From positions 151,797 through 215,796 of the forward strand of contig CAVWCX010000001.1 in the NCBI GenBank assembly GCA_963753595.1: 64,000 bases of DNA. The letters are read 5' to 3'. Position 1 is the stretch's first letter. Every line of letters begins with the position of its first letter. The position numbers and the translations under genes are program-made. This DNA is from Candidatus Methanoperedenaceae archaeon. GTDB lineage: Archaea > Halobacteriota > Methanosarcinia > Methanosarcinales > Methanoperedenaceae. The notes under the pieces are model-generated. The model was not told where the DNA came from. It searched no databases and saw nothing but the letters and a program-made list of their open reading frames with translations. Positions 19,473-29,549 of the stretch are shown piece after piece.

Positions 19473-20819
19473 TCACTTTATTTTCATTTTTTTTGCAGTT
19501 AAAACAATAACTGATCCAAAGTTTGTATTATATTCTTTTTGTAGCCTAATTATTTTGTGAATTAGATTTCCAACGATTGATCTTCTTTTTTCCCTATGAT
19601 AAAAGGCTCCGCCCCCTGACGCAAAAAAATGGAGGAATAATTGATAAAAATCATCGATCAACGGTGGTATTACAAAAAATCTCTCCTGACTAACAGAAGA
19701 AAAGTCAGCCTGTTTTAGACTGGAAATTATATCTGAGGGCTTAAGAGGGCTATATGGCCCAAAAAAGGAATATATCCCGGATTTTCTAATATCGTCATCA
19801 AATTTTATTTTAATTAATCTATGAATCAACCCATAAAGAGAATTCTTGGACCTGAAAACAATTATGAATCTACCATCATCATCGAGAACACGTTTGATCT
19901 CTGAAAATAGTTTATCGTAAGCCTGGGGCGGGATTCGTTCAAGTTTGAAAATACAAATCGCATTAGATATACTTTTGTCTTTTAATGGAATAAAATCATC
20001 ATAAATGAGCGGTTCGATTTTTCTATTAACAGCATATGATGTGAACAGTGATGTCTCACTTCCGAGGTTCAAACTAAAAATCTTAGTATCAGGATAATTA
20101 TTAAGTAATGAGCCGTCATACGAAAATATATCCAGGATATTATCACCTTTTTCTCTTGAAAGTACATTTTGGATTAATTTTATTTCCATTTCATTGATAA
20201 TGTCCATTCTTGTTCCAGGATCGGTTTTTCTACAATAACGTTCCTGGAAATCTCTCACTGAACTAAGCGTCCATTTATTGGCATCATGGGAGAATATTTC
20301 TTTGCTATGTTTGGAAAAATAATTTTGATGTACAATATCTTCAAGTGCTCTTCTTTTTGGAGGAGGTAGCTGTTTTTCAGGATATCCCAGCAATATGAAG
20401 GCCACTATGAAAAGCTCATCTGGAATATTCAGTATTTGTTTGGCTTTTACCTCTTTTCCGAAGCTATTAAGGTACAGTGAACCAATCCCCAATGAAGTCG
20501 CCATCAGGAGCATATTTTCAATAGCAACAGAAGCACTTTGTATCCCTTCTTTGACATTCCCTGAATGATAACACACAGCAATTGCAACAGGTGCTTTCAA
20601 AATAAGCTTTGAAGCACCAGCTTCCATGGTCAATCTTATTTTCAGATCATTATCCTTTATAATGATAAATTGCCATAACTGTTGATTGCAGGCAGAAGGT
20701 GCCCATTGAGCACTTTCTAAAATCAAATTCAAACAATCATCAGGTATCTTTATGGGTAAAAAAGATCTTACACTTCTTCTGGTTTTAATTATATCGAATA
20801 TTGGATTTTCTACTGTAAT
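19473..20819 (-). CDS. Nitroreductase-family domain fused to a class I methyltransferase-like domain (probable ATT start at 20819)
   Basis: DIIKTRRSVRSF lies in frame upstream of the called start; APSACNQQLWQF and ENMLLMATSLGIGS; C-terminal ILDIF...IPLKDKS...EIKRVL. Confidence 0.8.
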   Translation of the reverse strand: MTVENPIFDIIKTRRSVRSFLPIKIPDDCLNLILESAQWAPSACNQQLWQFIIIKDNDLKIRLTMEAGASKLILKAPVAIAVCYHSGNVKEGIQSASVAIENMLLMATSLGIGSLYLNSFGKEVKAKQILNIPDELFIVAFILLGYPEKQLPPPKRRALEDIVHQNYFSKHSKEIFSHDANKWTLSSVRDFQERYCRKTDPGTRMDIINEMEIKLIQNVLSREKGDNILDIFSYDGSLLNNYPDTKIFSLNLGSETSLFTSYAVNRKIEPLIYDDFIPLKDKSISNAICIFKLERIPPQAYDKLFSEIKRVLDDDGRFIIVFRSKNSLYGLIHRLIKIKFDDDIRKSGIYSFFGPYSPLKPSDIISSLKQADFSSVSQERFFVIPPLIDDFYQLFLHFFASGGGAFYHREKRRSIVGNLIHKIIRLQKEYNTNFGSVIVLTAKKMKIK

Positions 20820-20900
20820 ATAAATACCTCAATAAATCTAAATTTATAATTGCTACAAATCTATCTATTGATAATCATAAGTATTAAATAGTTATTACTT

Positions 20901-22517
20901 ATGTTCAGAATTATGGTTTATGAGACTTATAGATTATTTATTCTTGAAAATACCCCTCGAATGTTAACTCAACTTGACCGGGATAATGATTCACCAACTT
21001 ATGGCTCTTTTGACAGGGACTTCTGGCATTACAAGATAAGAGATTTTTCTTCAATAGTGCTGCAGCAGGGATGTCTTTCTTTAGCAAGGTTATACTTAAA
21101 TAATTTCCAAGATAATATTTATTTTAAGAATGAAAAAATATACAATTGGGCATCTGCTGCGGTAGGTTTTTGGGAACGTGCTCAGCTAAACGATGGTTCT
21201 TTTAATGAATATTATCCTTTTGAGCATGGTTACCCGCCAACAGTATTTTCCCTCTATAGTGTAGCTGAGACCTGCAGGTTGCTCAATATTGTTAATCCTG
21301 ATGTTACAGAGGCAATATTAAGATCGTGTAAATTCATTTCTAAGCCGAGAAGTCATGGCGCCTTGAATCAAGATATCGCGGCTATTGCCGCAATGTATAG
21401 CGCATATCTCTTGACCCGGGAAAAATGGATACTCGATCAACTAAATGAGAATATCAAGAATGTATTATCCCTTCAAACCGTTGAGGGTTATTTTCCAGAA
21501 TATGGGGGAGCTGATATTGGATATCTAAGTGTTTCTCTTGCGTGCCTGGCGCAATATTATTCATTAAGCGGCAATGAGAATGTGATCCCTCCATTGGAAA
21601 AGATCCTTGATTTTATTCAGTATTTCGTCCATCCTGATGGAAGCATTGGGGGAGAATATGGCAGCAGGAATACTGAATATTTCATGCCAGATGGGCCTGA
21701 AATTCTCGCATCCAGAATTCCCCTTGCTGGTGCAATTGCAGATAAAATATTTAAACACCCACCAATATTTCATCATTCTATTGATGACCGTTATTTAAAT
21801 CATTTTATATTACCATCTTATATCAATGCATTGATATTTTATAAAAAAAGAAATAACAATATTGGTCTGCCATATGAATCAAAATTCCACAAATATTTTA
21901 AAAATGCCGATCTATTTATAAAAAGTTCTGAAAAGTATTATTCTATCCTTTGCGTATCGAAAGGTGGATTATTGAAAGTTTTTAAGAAGGATGAAAAAGG
22001 TAAAGAAGTTGCTTGTGATTGCGGTTATAGAATAAAAGGTGATGATAATATTTACGTGACAAACTGGGTCGATAGCAGCCAGGCTCTTAATATAGAAGAT
22101 AATCGCATCAAGATAAATGGTCACTTTTACCAGGCCAGATTTTTTGAATCTACGCCTTTCAAGCATATCGGATTACGAATTGCATCTTTTTCAATGGGAC
22201 ATCGATTAATACCGATGTTGAAAGATCAATTAATTAAGGGAAATAAGAAAACTGACATCCTTTTTAACAGGGAAGTTATATTTAAAGACGATTCCATAGA
22301 AATCAATGATTCTATAGCTTCACAAAAGCAAATAAAAGAATTATCCTTTGCAGATCGTTATTCTCTAAGATACGTTCCTTCATCCAGATTTTTTAATCAA
22401 AATGAATTGAAACCTCATTTGTCAAAAACATTTAAGAATTTTAATGAAATTGAAATAAATAAAATTATCGATCTAAACACTGAAAATGTAAATTTTTCAT
22501 TTAAACTAAAAAAATAA
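20901..22517 (+). CDS. Hypothetical protein, probable alpha/alpha-barrel plus beta domain, in the glycosylation locus
   Basis: Long ORF; QLNDGSF, QTVEGYFPEYGG and HPDGS repeats typical of alpha/alpha toroids. Confidence 0.6.
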   Translation: MFRIMVYETYRLFILENTPRMLTQLDRDNDSPTYGSFDRDFWHYKIRDFSSIVLQQGCLSLARLYLNNFQDNIYFKNEKIYNWASAAVGFWERAQLNDGSFNEYYPFEHGYPPTVFSLYSVAETCRLLNIVNPDVTEAILRSCKFISKPRSHGALNQDIAAIAAMYSAYLLTREKWILDQLNENIKNVLSLQTVEGYFPEYGGADIGYLSVSLACLAQYYSLSGNENVIPPLEKILDFIQYFVHPDGSIGGEYGSRNTEYFMPDGPEILASRIPLAGAIADKIFKHPPIFHHSIDDRYLNHFILPSYINALIFYKKRNNNIGLPYESKFHKYFKNADLFIKSSEKYYSILCVSKGGLLKVFKKDEKGKEVACDCGYRIKGDDNIYVTNWVDSSQALNIEDNRIKINGHFYQARFFESTPFKHIGLRIASFSMGHRLIPMLKDQLIKGNKKTDILFNREVIFKDDSIEINDSIASQKQIKELSFADRYSLRYVPSSRFFNQNELKPHLSKTFKNFNEIEINKIIDLNTENVNFSFKLKK

Positions 22518-22544
22518 TCCAAGAATAATAACTTAAAAATTCTT

Positions 22545-23459
22545 TTAGGATTCTGTGTTTTTCTTTTCTTTTCCTGATCTTAAGATGAATAAATATCCAA
22601 TTAAGCCGGGAAATAAAGTGATCATTAAAAAAAGTAATGTTGAAAAAGAAAATCCAATCTCTGCATTTTCACCCAATGCCTTGAAACTCATAATGGCAAT
22701 ATATTCCCTTAATCCAAGCCCGGATATAGTGATCGGAATATTCCCAATGAGCACAATTATTAGCCATGTGAATGCGATGTATGGATTTGCTCCATTGCTC
22801 AAAGCTTTTAGTATTATTACTGCTAGAATTATGTTTATTAAATAATAGCATATCGATAAGATAATAAGTTTAGATAAAAGTCGAATATCGCTCTTAATAA
22901 TATGAATAGTGTCTATAAATTGTTTTGAAGAACTGATTTTCAAATTCATTAAACTTAGCAAAAAAGATATTATTTTTTTATTTAAAAAAATAGCACTTAA
23001 AACAATAAAAATAAATAATGAAAAAACGGCTGCTAAATACAACTTATTATCTTTAAAAAGAAATAATATGGATAATATACTTAATATGATCAACACAAAA
23101 ATATCAATAACTTTATCCCAGATAATTGTTGGAATAGTTTTTGATTTTTCAGAGTCCAAATAATACGCCCTTGCCACTTCACCCGCTTTTCCAGGTGTAA
23201 TCATTCCATAAAAATTGCCTATCAATAAAATCCTAAACAGTTTAAAAAAATCATGCTGAATCCCTACCGAACGCAGTAAAGTATCCCATTTTATTACTCT
23301 GATCGAATATAATAGTGGAACAAAGAGTAAACTGAGGAGTATTAAAAATATGTTACTGTTAATCATTACTTCATACACTTTGGAAAAGTCCAGCTTAAGG
23401 AGCACAAAAGAAAACAGCAATATAGTTGCTAAAACTTTCAAAATAAATTTTTTATTCAT
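22545..23459 (-). CDS. Lysylphosphatidylglycerol-synthase-TM / flippase-like membrane protein (UPF0104)
   Basis: ITPGKAGEVARAYYL and PITISGLGLRE motifs; multiple transmembrane helices. Confidence 0.85.
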   Translation of the reverse strand: MNKKFILKVLATILLFSFVLLKLDFSKVYEVMINSNIFLILLSLLFVPLLYSIRVIKWDTLLRSVGIQHDFFKLFRILLIGNFYGMITPGKAGEVARAYYLDSEKSKTIPTIIWDKVIDIFVLIILSILSILFLFKDNKLYLAAVFSLFIFIVLSAIFLNKKIISFLLSLMNLKISSSKQFIDTIHIIKSDIRLLSKLIILSICYYLINIILAVIILKALSNGANPYIAFTWLIIVLIGNIPITISGLGLREYIAIMSFKALGENAEIGFSFSTLLFLMITLFPGLIGYLFILRSGKEKKNTES

Positions 23460-23478
23460 TGATACGTAATTTATGTTT

Positions 23479-24348
23479 TCATTTCTTCATCATATCAGCC
23501 ATTAATGCCATAAAGATCATCTGTACGCCTACGATAATTAACAAAGAAGTCAATATAACCGCGGGAGTATGACCAATAAATCCAACTAAAGCGTATTTAT
23601 AAACGAATGCAGATCCAAATATAATGCCTGTTATGATAAAAATTAGGCCGGGGATACCGAAAAAACTCAAAGGATCATAATCCCTGATTGTCCTGAGGAT
23701 TATTATCCATGCACGCCAGGCATACGAAAGCGGGCCAGACATCAGGCGTGAATCTCCAGCGCTTCTTTGATAAAAATTTATAGGAACATTTGCTATTCTC
23801 CATCCTTCCCTTGATGCTTTTACGATCATCTCCTGAGTATAAGTAAAATCTCCATGTATCTTGAGTGTCTCAAAAACTTCTTTCCGGGTTGCCCGGAAAC
23901 CTGTCTGACCGTCTCTTATATCAGCGCCAGTCAGCCTGCGAAGCAGCCATGTGAAAGCTTTATTTCCCTGTTTTTTCATCCAGGGCATCTCATATTTCAG
24001 GTTCTCAAGCCTTGAACCAAGGACAAGGTCGGCTTTGTTCTCAAGAATTGGTTGAATGAGTTTTGGTATTTCTTTCGGGTCGTACTGCCCGTCTGCGTCT
24101 ATCTGGACTATGACATCGGCGCCGCGCTTGATGGCTTCATCGTAGCCTCGCTGGATGGTCCTGCCCAGACCGCGGTTCACGATGTTGTCTATGACGGTTG
24201 CGCCGGCGTTTTTAGAATTTTCAGCTGTCTTGTCTGTACTTCCATCATTTATTACCAGTACCTCATCTACAAACCGACGGGTATTCTTAATAACGCTTTC
24301 AATTGTCGATTCTTCATTATATGATGGTATTATTGCTATACTTTTCAT
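23479..24348 (-). CDS. GT2 glycosyltransferase, DPM-synthase-like, with two C-terminal transmembrane helices
   Basis: IIPSYNEE, INDGSTD, DADGQY, DGQTGFR. Confidence 0.9.
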   Translation of the reverse strand: MKSIAIIPSYNEESTIESVIKNTRRFVDEVLVINDGSTDKTAENSKNAGATVIDNIVNRGLGRTIQRGYDEAIKRGADVIVQIDADGQYDPKEIPKLIQPILENKADLVLGSRLENLKYEMPWMKKQGNKAFTWLLRRLTGADIRDGQTGFRATRKEVFETLKIHGDFTYTQEMIVKASREGWRIANVPINFYQRSAGDSRLMSGPLSYAWRAWIIILRTIRDYDPLSFFGIPGLIFIITGIIFGSAFVYKYALVGFIGHTPAVILTSLLIIVGVQMIFMALMADMMKK

Positions 24349-24353
24349 AATTT

Positions 24354-25730
24354 TCATTCGTTCTGCTGGATTTCCCAGCGACCTCCTTTACTTGATCCCT
24401 TCCATGAAATTATGCCTTCATTGGTCAGTTTTCTTATATGATACTTTACCCCGTCTAACGTTATATTCAATTGCCCTGCAATTTCTTCCTTTGTAATACT
24501 TGTATCTTGCCTTATGAGAAGCAAAATCTTATCCCGGGTTTTGGGGGTAGTTTTGGGGGTAGTTTTGGGGGTAGTTTTGGGGGTAGTTTTGGGGGTAGTG
24601 CCTTCCTCTGTTCTATAAAATACCACTAAAAATCCCGTCTTAAGGTCTTTGAATTCAACCTTCACGTTACCAGCTTTGCACTCTTCATAAATCCTTTTCA
24701 GCCCGGAACCCCATCGCTCAATTTCTTTTGATTTATATAAGATTTCAGCGACTAAAGGATTTCTCAGGACAGATTGCTCGTCGCCAGAAATGAAATCATC
24801 GGGAGTGAGGCCTTCTGGAAATGTTCCAGGATTCCATATTTCCACGCGGTTCTTGAATATTGAAATTTTGTTGCTCTCAGGAGCATAATAATCCCTGTGG
24901 CAGAAAGAATTAACCAGTGCTTCCCTGATTGCCTTTACAGGGATTTCGGGTATCTCTTCCCTTTTGATCCTCCCAATTTCCGCCCTCCAGTTAATGCGCT
25001 CGCTTATATATTCCTCCGATTTTTCCAGCAGGGAAAATATTGTCCCTCTGAATTCCCTTATGTCAAGAAAAGTGACCCTGTCCGTGCCTGCAAACACAGC
25101 AGCCTGGACTTCGATGGTATTTTCATTGCAGAATAACACTTCTGCGGCTTTCAGAAGTCTGCCCTCTTTTACAAGGTTCAGTTTTTTCAGTATATTGTCG
25201 GCATTATCAAAAACAAAGTCTATCCTACCTGCAGTATTAGCCCGCTTAACATAATCCCTGACTGCACTCTCATCGATTTTGTCGAATCCAAATTCCGAAT
25301 ACTCTGACTCCCATTTTATCCTGTCAATATTCTTTTTTAGTATAAGTCTCTCGATTTCTTTAGCGCTCAGTTGCCTGTCTTCATCACTTACCCTGATATA
25401 TGCTCTTCCAAATGCAAAATAAGGGATGTTGCTTCCTTGAAATTGCACTTCCACACAGGACTTTTCTTCTATATTGACCTTATTTATTTCAGGATATATT
25501 TTTGGTTCAATGCTCTCGGATATTGATTTTGAGATGTCTCTCAATGTTTTTTCACTTATTTCCTGGCCTGTTACCGTTCCATCATTTTTTATTCCGAAAT
25601 ATAGAGTTCCTTTCTGGTGCTTGTTCAGGATCGCCGCTATCGAGATGATTCCCTCTTTTAATTCCGAGGTTGATTTTTTAAATTCCAGGGTCTCTGATTC
25701 TTCATCAGAAGTTAATTTTTTAATGAACAT
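24354..25730 (-). CDS. AlbA_2 (Schlafen-like) + HATPase_c_4 (RecG C-terminal-like) + HTH protein
   Basis: ESETLEFK, REALVNSFCHRDY, RNPLVA, ERWGSG and a C-terminal HTH. Confidence 0.88.
   Translation of the reverse strand: MFIKKLTSDEESETLEFKKSTSELKEGIISIAAILNKHQKGTLYFGIKNDGTVTGQEISEKTLRDISKSISESIEPKIYPEINKVNIEEKSCVEVQFQGSNIPYFAFGRAYIRVSDEDRQLSAKEIERLILKKNIDRIKWESEYSEFGFDKIDESAVRDYVKRANTAGRIDFVFDNADNILKKLNLVKEGRLLKAAEVLFCNENTIEVQAAVFAGTDRVTFLDIREFRGTIFSLLEKSEEYISERINWRAEIGRIKREEIPEIPVKAIREALVNSFCHRDYYAPESNKISIFKNRVEIWNPGTFPEGLTPDDFISGDEQSVLRNPLVAEILYKSKEIERWGSGLKRIYEECKAGNVKVEFKDLKTGFLVVFYRTEEGTTPKTTPKTTPKTTPKTTPKTRDKILLLIRQDTSITKEEIAGQLNITLDGVKYHIRKLTNEGIISWKGSSKGGRWEIQQNE
24539..24598 (-). 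repeat. 12-bp tandem repeat x5 encoding (TTPK)5
   Basis: (ttttgggggtag)x5 on the + strand. Confidence 0.95.
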
Positions 25731-25742
25731 ATGTCTGAATCC

Positions 25743-25968
25743 CTGAGCCTTATGGCTTCCTTGTAACCGCGCTGGATAGTCCTACTAAGACACGGTTGAC
25801 GATGTTGTCTATAACGGTTGCGCCGACTTTTTTGGCGACATCAGATGTGTCATCTGTGCTGCCGTCGCTGATCACGAGGATCTCATCTACGAAGCGGGCT
25901 GTGGCTTTGATCACATCTCCGATGGTTGATTCTTCGTTATAGGCTGGGATTATGGCTATGGTTTTCAT
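25743..25968 (-). pseudogene. Frameshifted 5' fragment of a GT2 paralogue of 23479-24348
   Basis: MKTIAIIPAYNEESTI...GATVIDNIVNR, continuing in a shifted frame as RTIQRGYKEAI, colinear with the intact gene. Confidence 0.85.
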
Positions 25969-26038
25969 TTTTATCTTTATTGAGTCAGGATATTATATAA
26001 TACTTCATATGAACTTTTTGTGGTCTTGTTGTTAATCT

Positions 26039-26130
26039 CGCAGGAGGGTCTTGCCAAGAACCGACGTTGACGGTGTTGTTGATGGGAATTGAGTCAACAT
26101 TCCTTGTTTCTTAGTGCTTTCTGTACTTCC
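26039..26130 (-). pseudogene. Second, more decayed GT2 5' remnant
   Basis: Reads GSTE...INNTVNVG(fs)LGKTLLR vs DGSTD...IDNIVNRGLGRTIQR in the intact gene. Confidence 0.55.
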
Positions 26131-26219
26131 AAAAATGCCGATATTTTTGGCAATGCAAAGAATGTTTCTTGATAAAGATATATAAGAAATAACGTACGTA
26201 AACATTGCTTGTTCAATAT

Positions 26220-28112
26220 ATGGATACCATATTAACCTTAAAACTTGTTATTAGCACTATTTTAGTACTCTTTTTGCCGGGTTATTTTCTATATAGTATG
26301 TTTTTAAGAAAATTGAATCTGGATTTTTTCCAGCGTTTGATCATATCACCTGGTCTGAGCTTAGCGTTCATACCTCTTCTTACATATTATTTTACCCTGA
26401 TCGGAATAAAATTGAATACTTTTTTAATATTATTAATATTTTTAATTTTTGCAGCCATAATTTTATTGAAATACATTCCGGAACATAAGAAAAATAATGG
26501 GACTTTTTTTGATTTTAAAAAATTCAAAAATTCTTTCGAAAAATTTGAATTGTTATCCTATCTCATATTGTTTGCTATATTGTTAATCTCTTTATTTGTC
26601 CGGTTGATCCCGGTTATAGGTGTGCTTGTAGGGCCGGGAAGCGACAGCAATCATCATACATTGATAGTACAGTTAATCATTGAAAATGGAGGAATCCCGC
26701 AATCTTATGAACCGTATGCTCAACTTAGCTCTTTTACTTATCATTTTGGATTCCACAGTATAGTTGCATTCATTTACTGGGTATCGGGATTTGACGTTGC
26801 AAAGCTCGTTCTGTACACAGGACAGATCTTAAATGCCTTTGCAATACTTCCGGTTTTCATATTTGTGGACAGGCTATTTAAAAACCGGAAAATGGCATTA
26901 ATAAGTTCTTTTATAGTGGGATTGATATCGGTATTTCCTGCCTATTTGATAAACTGGGGAAGATTTACTTCATTAACAGGAATGATTATTCTTCCGATAG
27001 CTTTTCTTCTGGTGATAGAATCTATCAAACTGGAAAAGAGGGATATTAAGATATTGATCTTATCTGGCCTGGTCTTATCAGGGCTTTTTGTAACTCACTA
27101 CCGTATCATTATCGCTGCTCTATGTTTCTTGATGGTTTATATTTTATATGAACTATATTCAAATAGAACGGATTTAAAAATACAAAAAGAGATAATATTT
27201 AGATGTGCAGTTATTGGTATTACATCGGTCATCCTGCTGCTTCCATGGTTTATTCATCTTTTGAATAATAGCCGGATATTATCTGAATGGGTCAATACAG
27301 CCAATTACTATTCTCTGGGAAGGATCGGAAGTGCCGGAAGTTACTACTCTAATACCCTTTTACTGGTTCTTTCTTTAAGCGGGGCATTCGTGGGAATTTT
27401 AAAGAGAAATAAATATATTATCATAATTTCTTTATGGGTTTCAATATTAATTGCCTTTTCGAATCCTTATTGGATAAAATTACCAGGTTCAGGCCGCCTT
27501 GATCTTGTGACCGTAGTGACGATGTTGTTTTTTCCTGTATCTGTGACCTGCAGCTATTGTATAATATATATATCAGATAAAATTAAACTAACAAAATCAA
27601 GGTGTTTGATCGTTTTATCTATAACCCTCCTGGTTTTAATTCCATTTTCTGCTATTAAAATGGCTGGATTATTTGAACCGGAAAGCGTTTTTGTAAAAAA
27701 TGGCGATATTGTAGCAATGACCTGGATCAAGTCCAATACTTCGGAGGATGCAGTTTTCTTAATAGATTCGATTGACTTTGACTGGAACCGCGATTTTATA
27801 ATGGGGATAGACGGCGGATCATGGATCCCTCTATTCACAGGCAGGAAAGTGATCATACCACCAATGGTTTTTGCTACAGAAACAGCATATGAAAATAATT
27901 ATACTGAAAAAGTAAAAGCAATATCCAAAGCATCGGAATTAATAAATACAGAATCTGCGGTAAAATTCTTAGTGGAAAATAATGTCACTTATGTTTATTT
28001 CGGGGGAAAAAATTGGGGGAAATTGCAATTACAGAATTTGCAGGATAATCAGTATCTTGAGCCTGTTTATAGCAAAGATGGGGTATGGATTTTCAAGATC
28101 GGCCACAGATGA
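26220..28112 (+). CDS. Polytopic membrane protein, probable GT-C-fold glycosyltransferase
   Basis: About 13 hydrophobic helices; first-loop GSDSNHH and YHFGFH; soluble C-terminal domain AMTWIKSNT...NVTYVY. Confidence 0.7.
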   Translation: MDTILTLKLVISTILVLFLPGYFLYSMFLRKLNLDFFQRLIISPGLSLAFIPLLTYYFTLIGIKLNTFLILLIFLIFAAIILLKYIPEHKKNNGTFFDFKKFKNSFEKFELLSYLILFAILLISLFVRLIPVIGVLVGPGSDSNHHTLIVQLIIENGGIPQSYEPYAQLSSFTYHFGFHSIVAFIYWVSGFDVAKLVLYTGQILNAFAILPVFIFVDRLFKNRKMALISSFIVGLISVFPAYLINWGRFTSLTGMIILPIAFLLVIESIKLEKRDIKILILSGLVLSGLFVTHYRIIIAALCFLMVYILYELYSNRTDLKIQKEIIFRCAVIGITSVILLLPWFIHLLNNSRILSEWVNTANYYSLGRIGSAGSYYSNTLLLVLSLSGAFVGILKRNKYIIIISLWVSILIAFSNPYWIKLPGSGRLDLVTVVTMLFFPVSVTCSYCIIYISDKIKLTKSRCLIVLSITLLVLIPFSAIKMAGLFEPESVFVKNGDIVAMTWIKSNTSEDAVFLIDSIDFDWNRDFIMGIDGGSWIPLFTGRKVIIPPMVFATETAYENNYTEKVKAISKASELINTESAVKFLVENNVTYVYFGGKNWGKLQLQNLQDNQYLEPVYSKDGVWIFKIGHR

Positions 28113-28268
28113 ACTTCAGACTGAAATACAGATTAAATAAAAATATTTAATATAATAATTTTAAAAGTCATATTATTCAGAAATACAAAAACAATATTCA
28201 AGGTATAAGCAAATAAATCCCATAACAACCGGCGGCTCAGTACCGATGTAATTAAAAAATTGTTTTCT

Positions 28269-28360
28269 GACAGGATGAACAGGATCGACAGGATACGATT
28301 GTAATGAAAGATTCCTGTAAATCCTGTCGATCCGGTTAAAAAAAAGTAATGTCTCTTTGA
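28269..28360. repeat. Imperfect palindrome with 9-bp-periodic arms (ACAGGAT x3 / ATCCTGT), copy 1
   Basis: gacaggatgaacaggatcgacaggat...ttcctgtaaatcctgtcgatccggtt. Confidence 0.85.
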
Positions 28361-28456
28361 ATATGTTAGTCAGTTTTATTTATCAACAAAATCTATATTA
28401 ACCTATGATTATACATGATTTAATGTTAATCTATTCCTATATTGGAAGGTAAGAAA

Positions 28457-28666
28457 ATGGAAGTATCAAAGAAATATCAAAAAGAAATTATTAACGAAAT
28501 TAAAGATCTTTCTGAAGAACAAATGGTATATGTCATGAAAATCATCAAATTAATTAAAGAATCAATTAATCGTCAGAAAGAATATGATTTTGAAATCAAA
28601 TCAGAACTTAAGGAGTGGGATTCTTTAAGTGATGAAGCATTGATTAATTTCGAGAGTAATTTATAA
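28457..28666 (+). CDS. Putative antitoxin
   Basis: Small ORF overlapping the start of the MazF-like gene; ends WDSLSDEAL. Confidence 0.6.
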   Translation: MEVSKKYQKEIINEIKDLSEEQMVYVMKIIKLIKESINRQKEYDFEIKSELKEWDSLSDEALINFESNL

Positions 28667-28890
28667 TGCAAGAAGGAGATATTTATTTTGTTGAAATCCC
28701 TGCTTCGAATGGGCATGAACAAGCCGGTCCAAGACCTGCAATTATTATTCAATCAAGTGGAATAGAAAAGCTTCCGACTGTTTTAGTTATCCCTCTTACT
28801 TCGAAGATCAAAGCAATTGAATTCGGAAAGATATCTTTGAATAAATTAAAACTTATCAAGAATAAAATATGCGATCTTATGGGGATGTAA
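28666..28890 (+). pseudogene. PemK/MazF-family toxin, probably internally deleted (74 aa)
   Basis: GDIYFV...GHEQAGPRPAIIIQ...VIPLTS runs directly into the C-terminal helix; the central strands are missing. Confidence 0.7.
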
Positions 28891-29022
28891 CTTCTGAATA
28901 GACTGCCATTGTGACGCAATGATATTAAACAAAAAAAATAGCTCTGGTTTTTTGAATTCACAGATTTGCAGGATACAAAACCACATTCTGGCGCATATAT
29001 CTTTCATAAAAAACAACCCCTG

Positions 29023-29179
29023 CGCTCTAATTGGCATGCATGAAATGTCTGATTACTGGCGGCTCAGGTTAAAATATGTTCAAAACCACCATTGAGTTCA
29101 CAAAAATCTTTGGGCTACCGCTTTCAATGGGCATCTCGCTGGTAGATTCTTTTAGGATGGCTTCAGTAACTCTTATATT
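29023..29179 (+). repeat. ~150-bp direct repeat, copy 1 (copy 2 at ~30402-30550), containing an MKCLITGGSG epimerase-start remnant
   Basis: cgctctaattggcat...gaaatgtctgat...caggttaaaat...ttcaaaaccaccattgagttca...aaatctttgggcta is shared by both copies. Confidence 0.85.
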
Positions 29180-29291
29180 AGTTGGAATATATATTAAAGA
29201 ATAAACCAAATACAAAGGTAATCTATATATGGGAAAGTTCATAGATATGATTATCTTATAAGATACAACAATATAAAATGGAGTATAATTA

Positions 29292-29549
29292 ATGGAAACA
29301 AAGTCTAAACAGGAGGAAGCAGTTTTAAGAGAAATTAGGGATCTACCTGAAATAATACAGGAAAAGATATTGAAGATAATCCATTTTTTCAGATCTGAAA
29401 TTATCGAAAGTAGATCTTCCGAGGAAAAAGCAACTGCTGAATTTTTATCTGTTTGTGGCACATGGGAAGACAATAGATCAGTTGAAAAGCAAATAGAAGA
29501 TATTTATTCCAGCAGAAAGTCTACCAGCAGAACGGAGAAAATGTTTTGA
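29292..29549 (+). CDS. Putative VapB-type antitoxin
   Basis: Small ORF overlapping the PIN toxin; GTWED motif. Confidence 0.7.
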   Translation: METKSKQEEAVLREIRDLPEIIQEKILKIIHFFRSEIIESRSSEEKATAEFLSVCGTWEDNRSVEKQIEDIYSSRKSTSRTEKMF

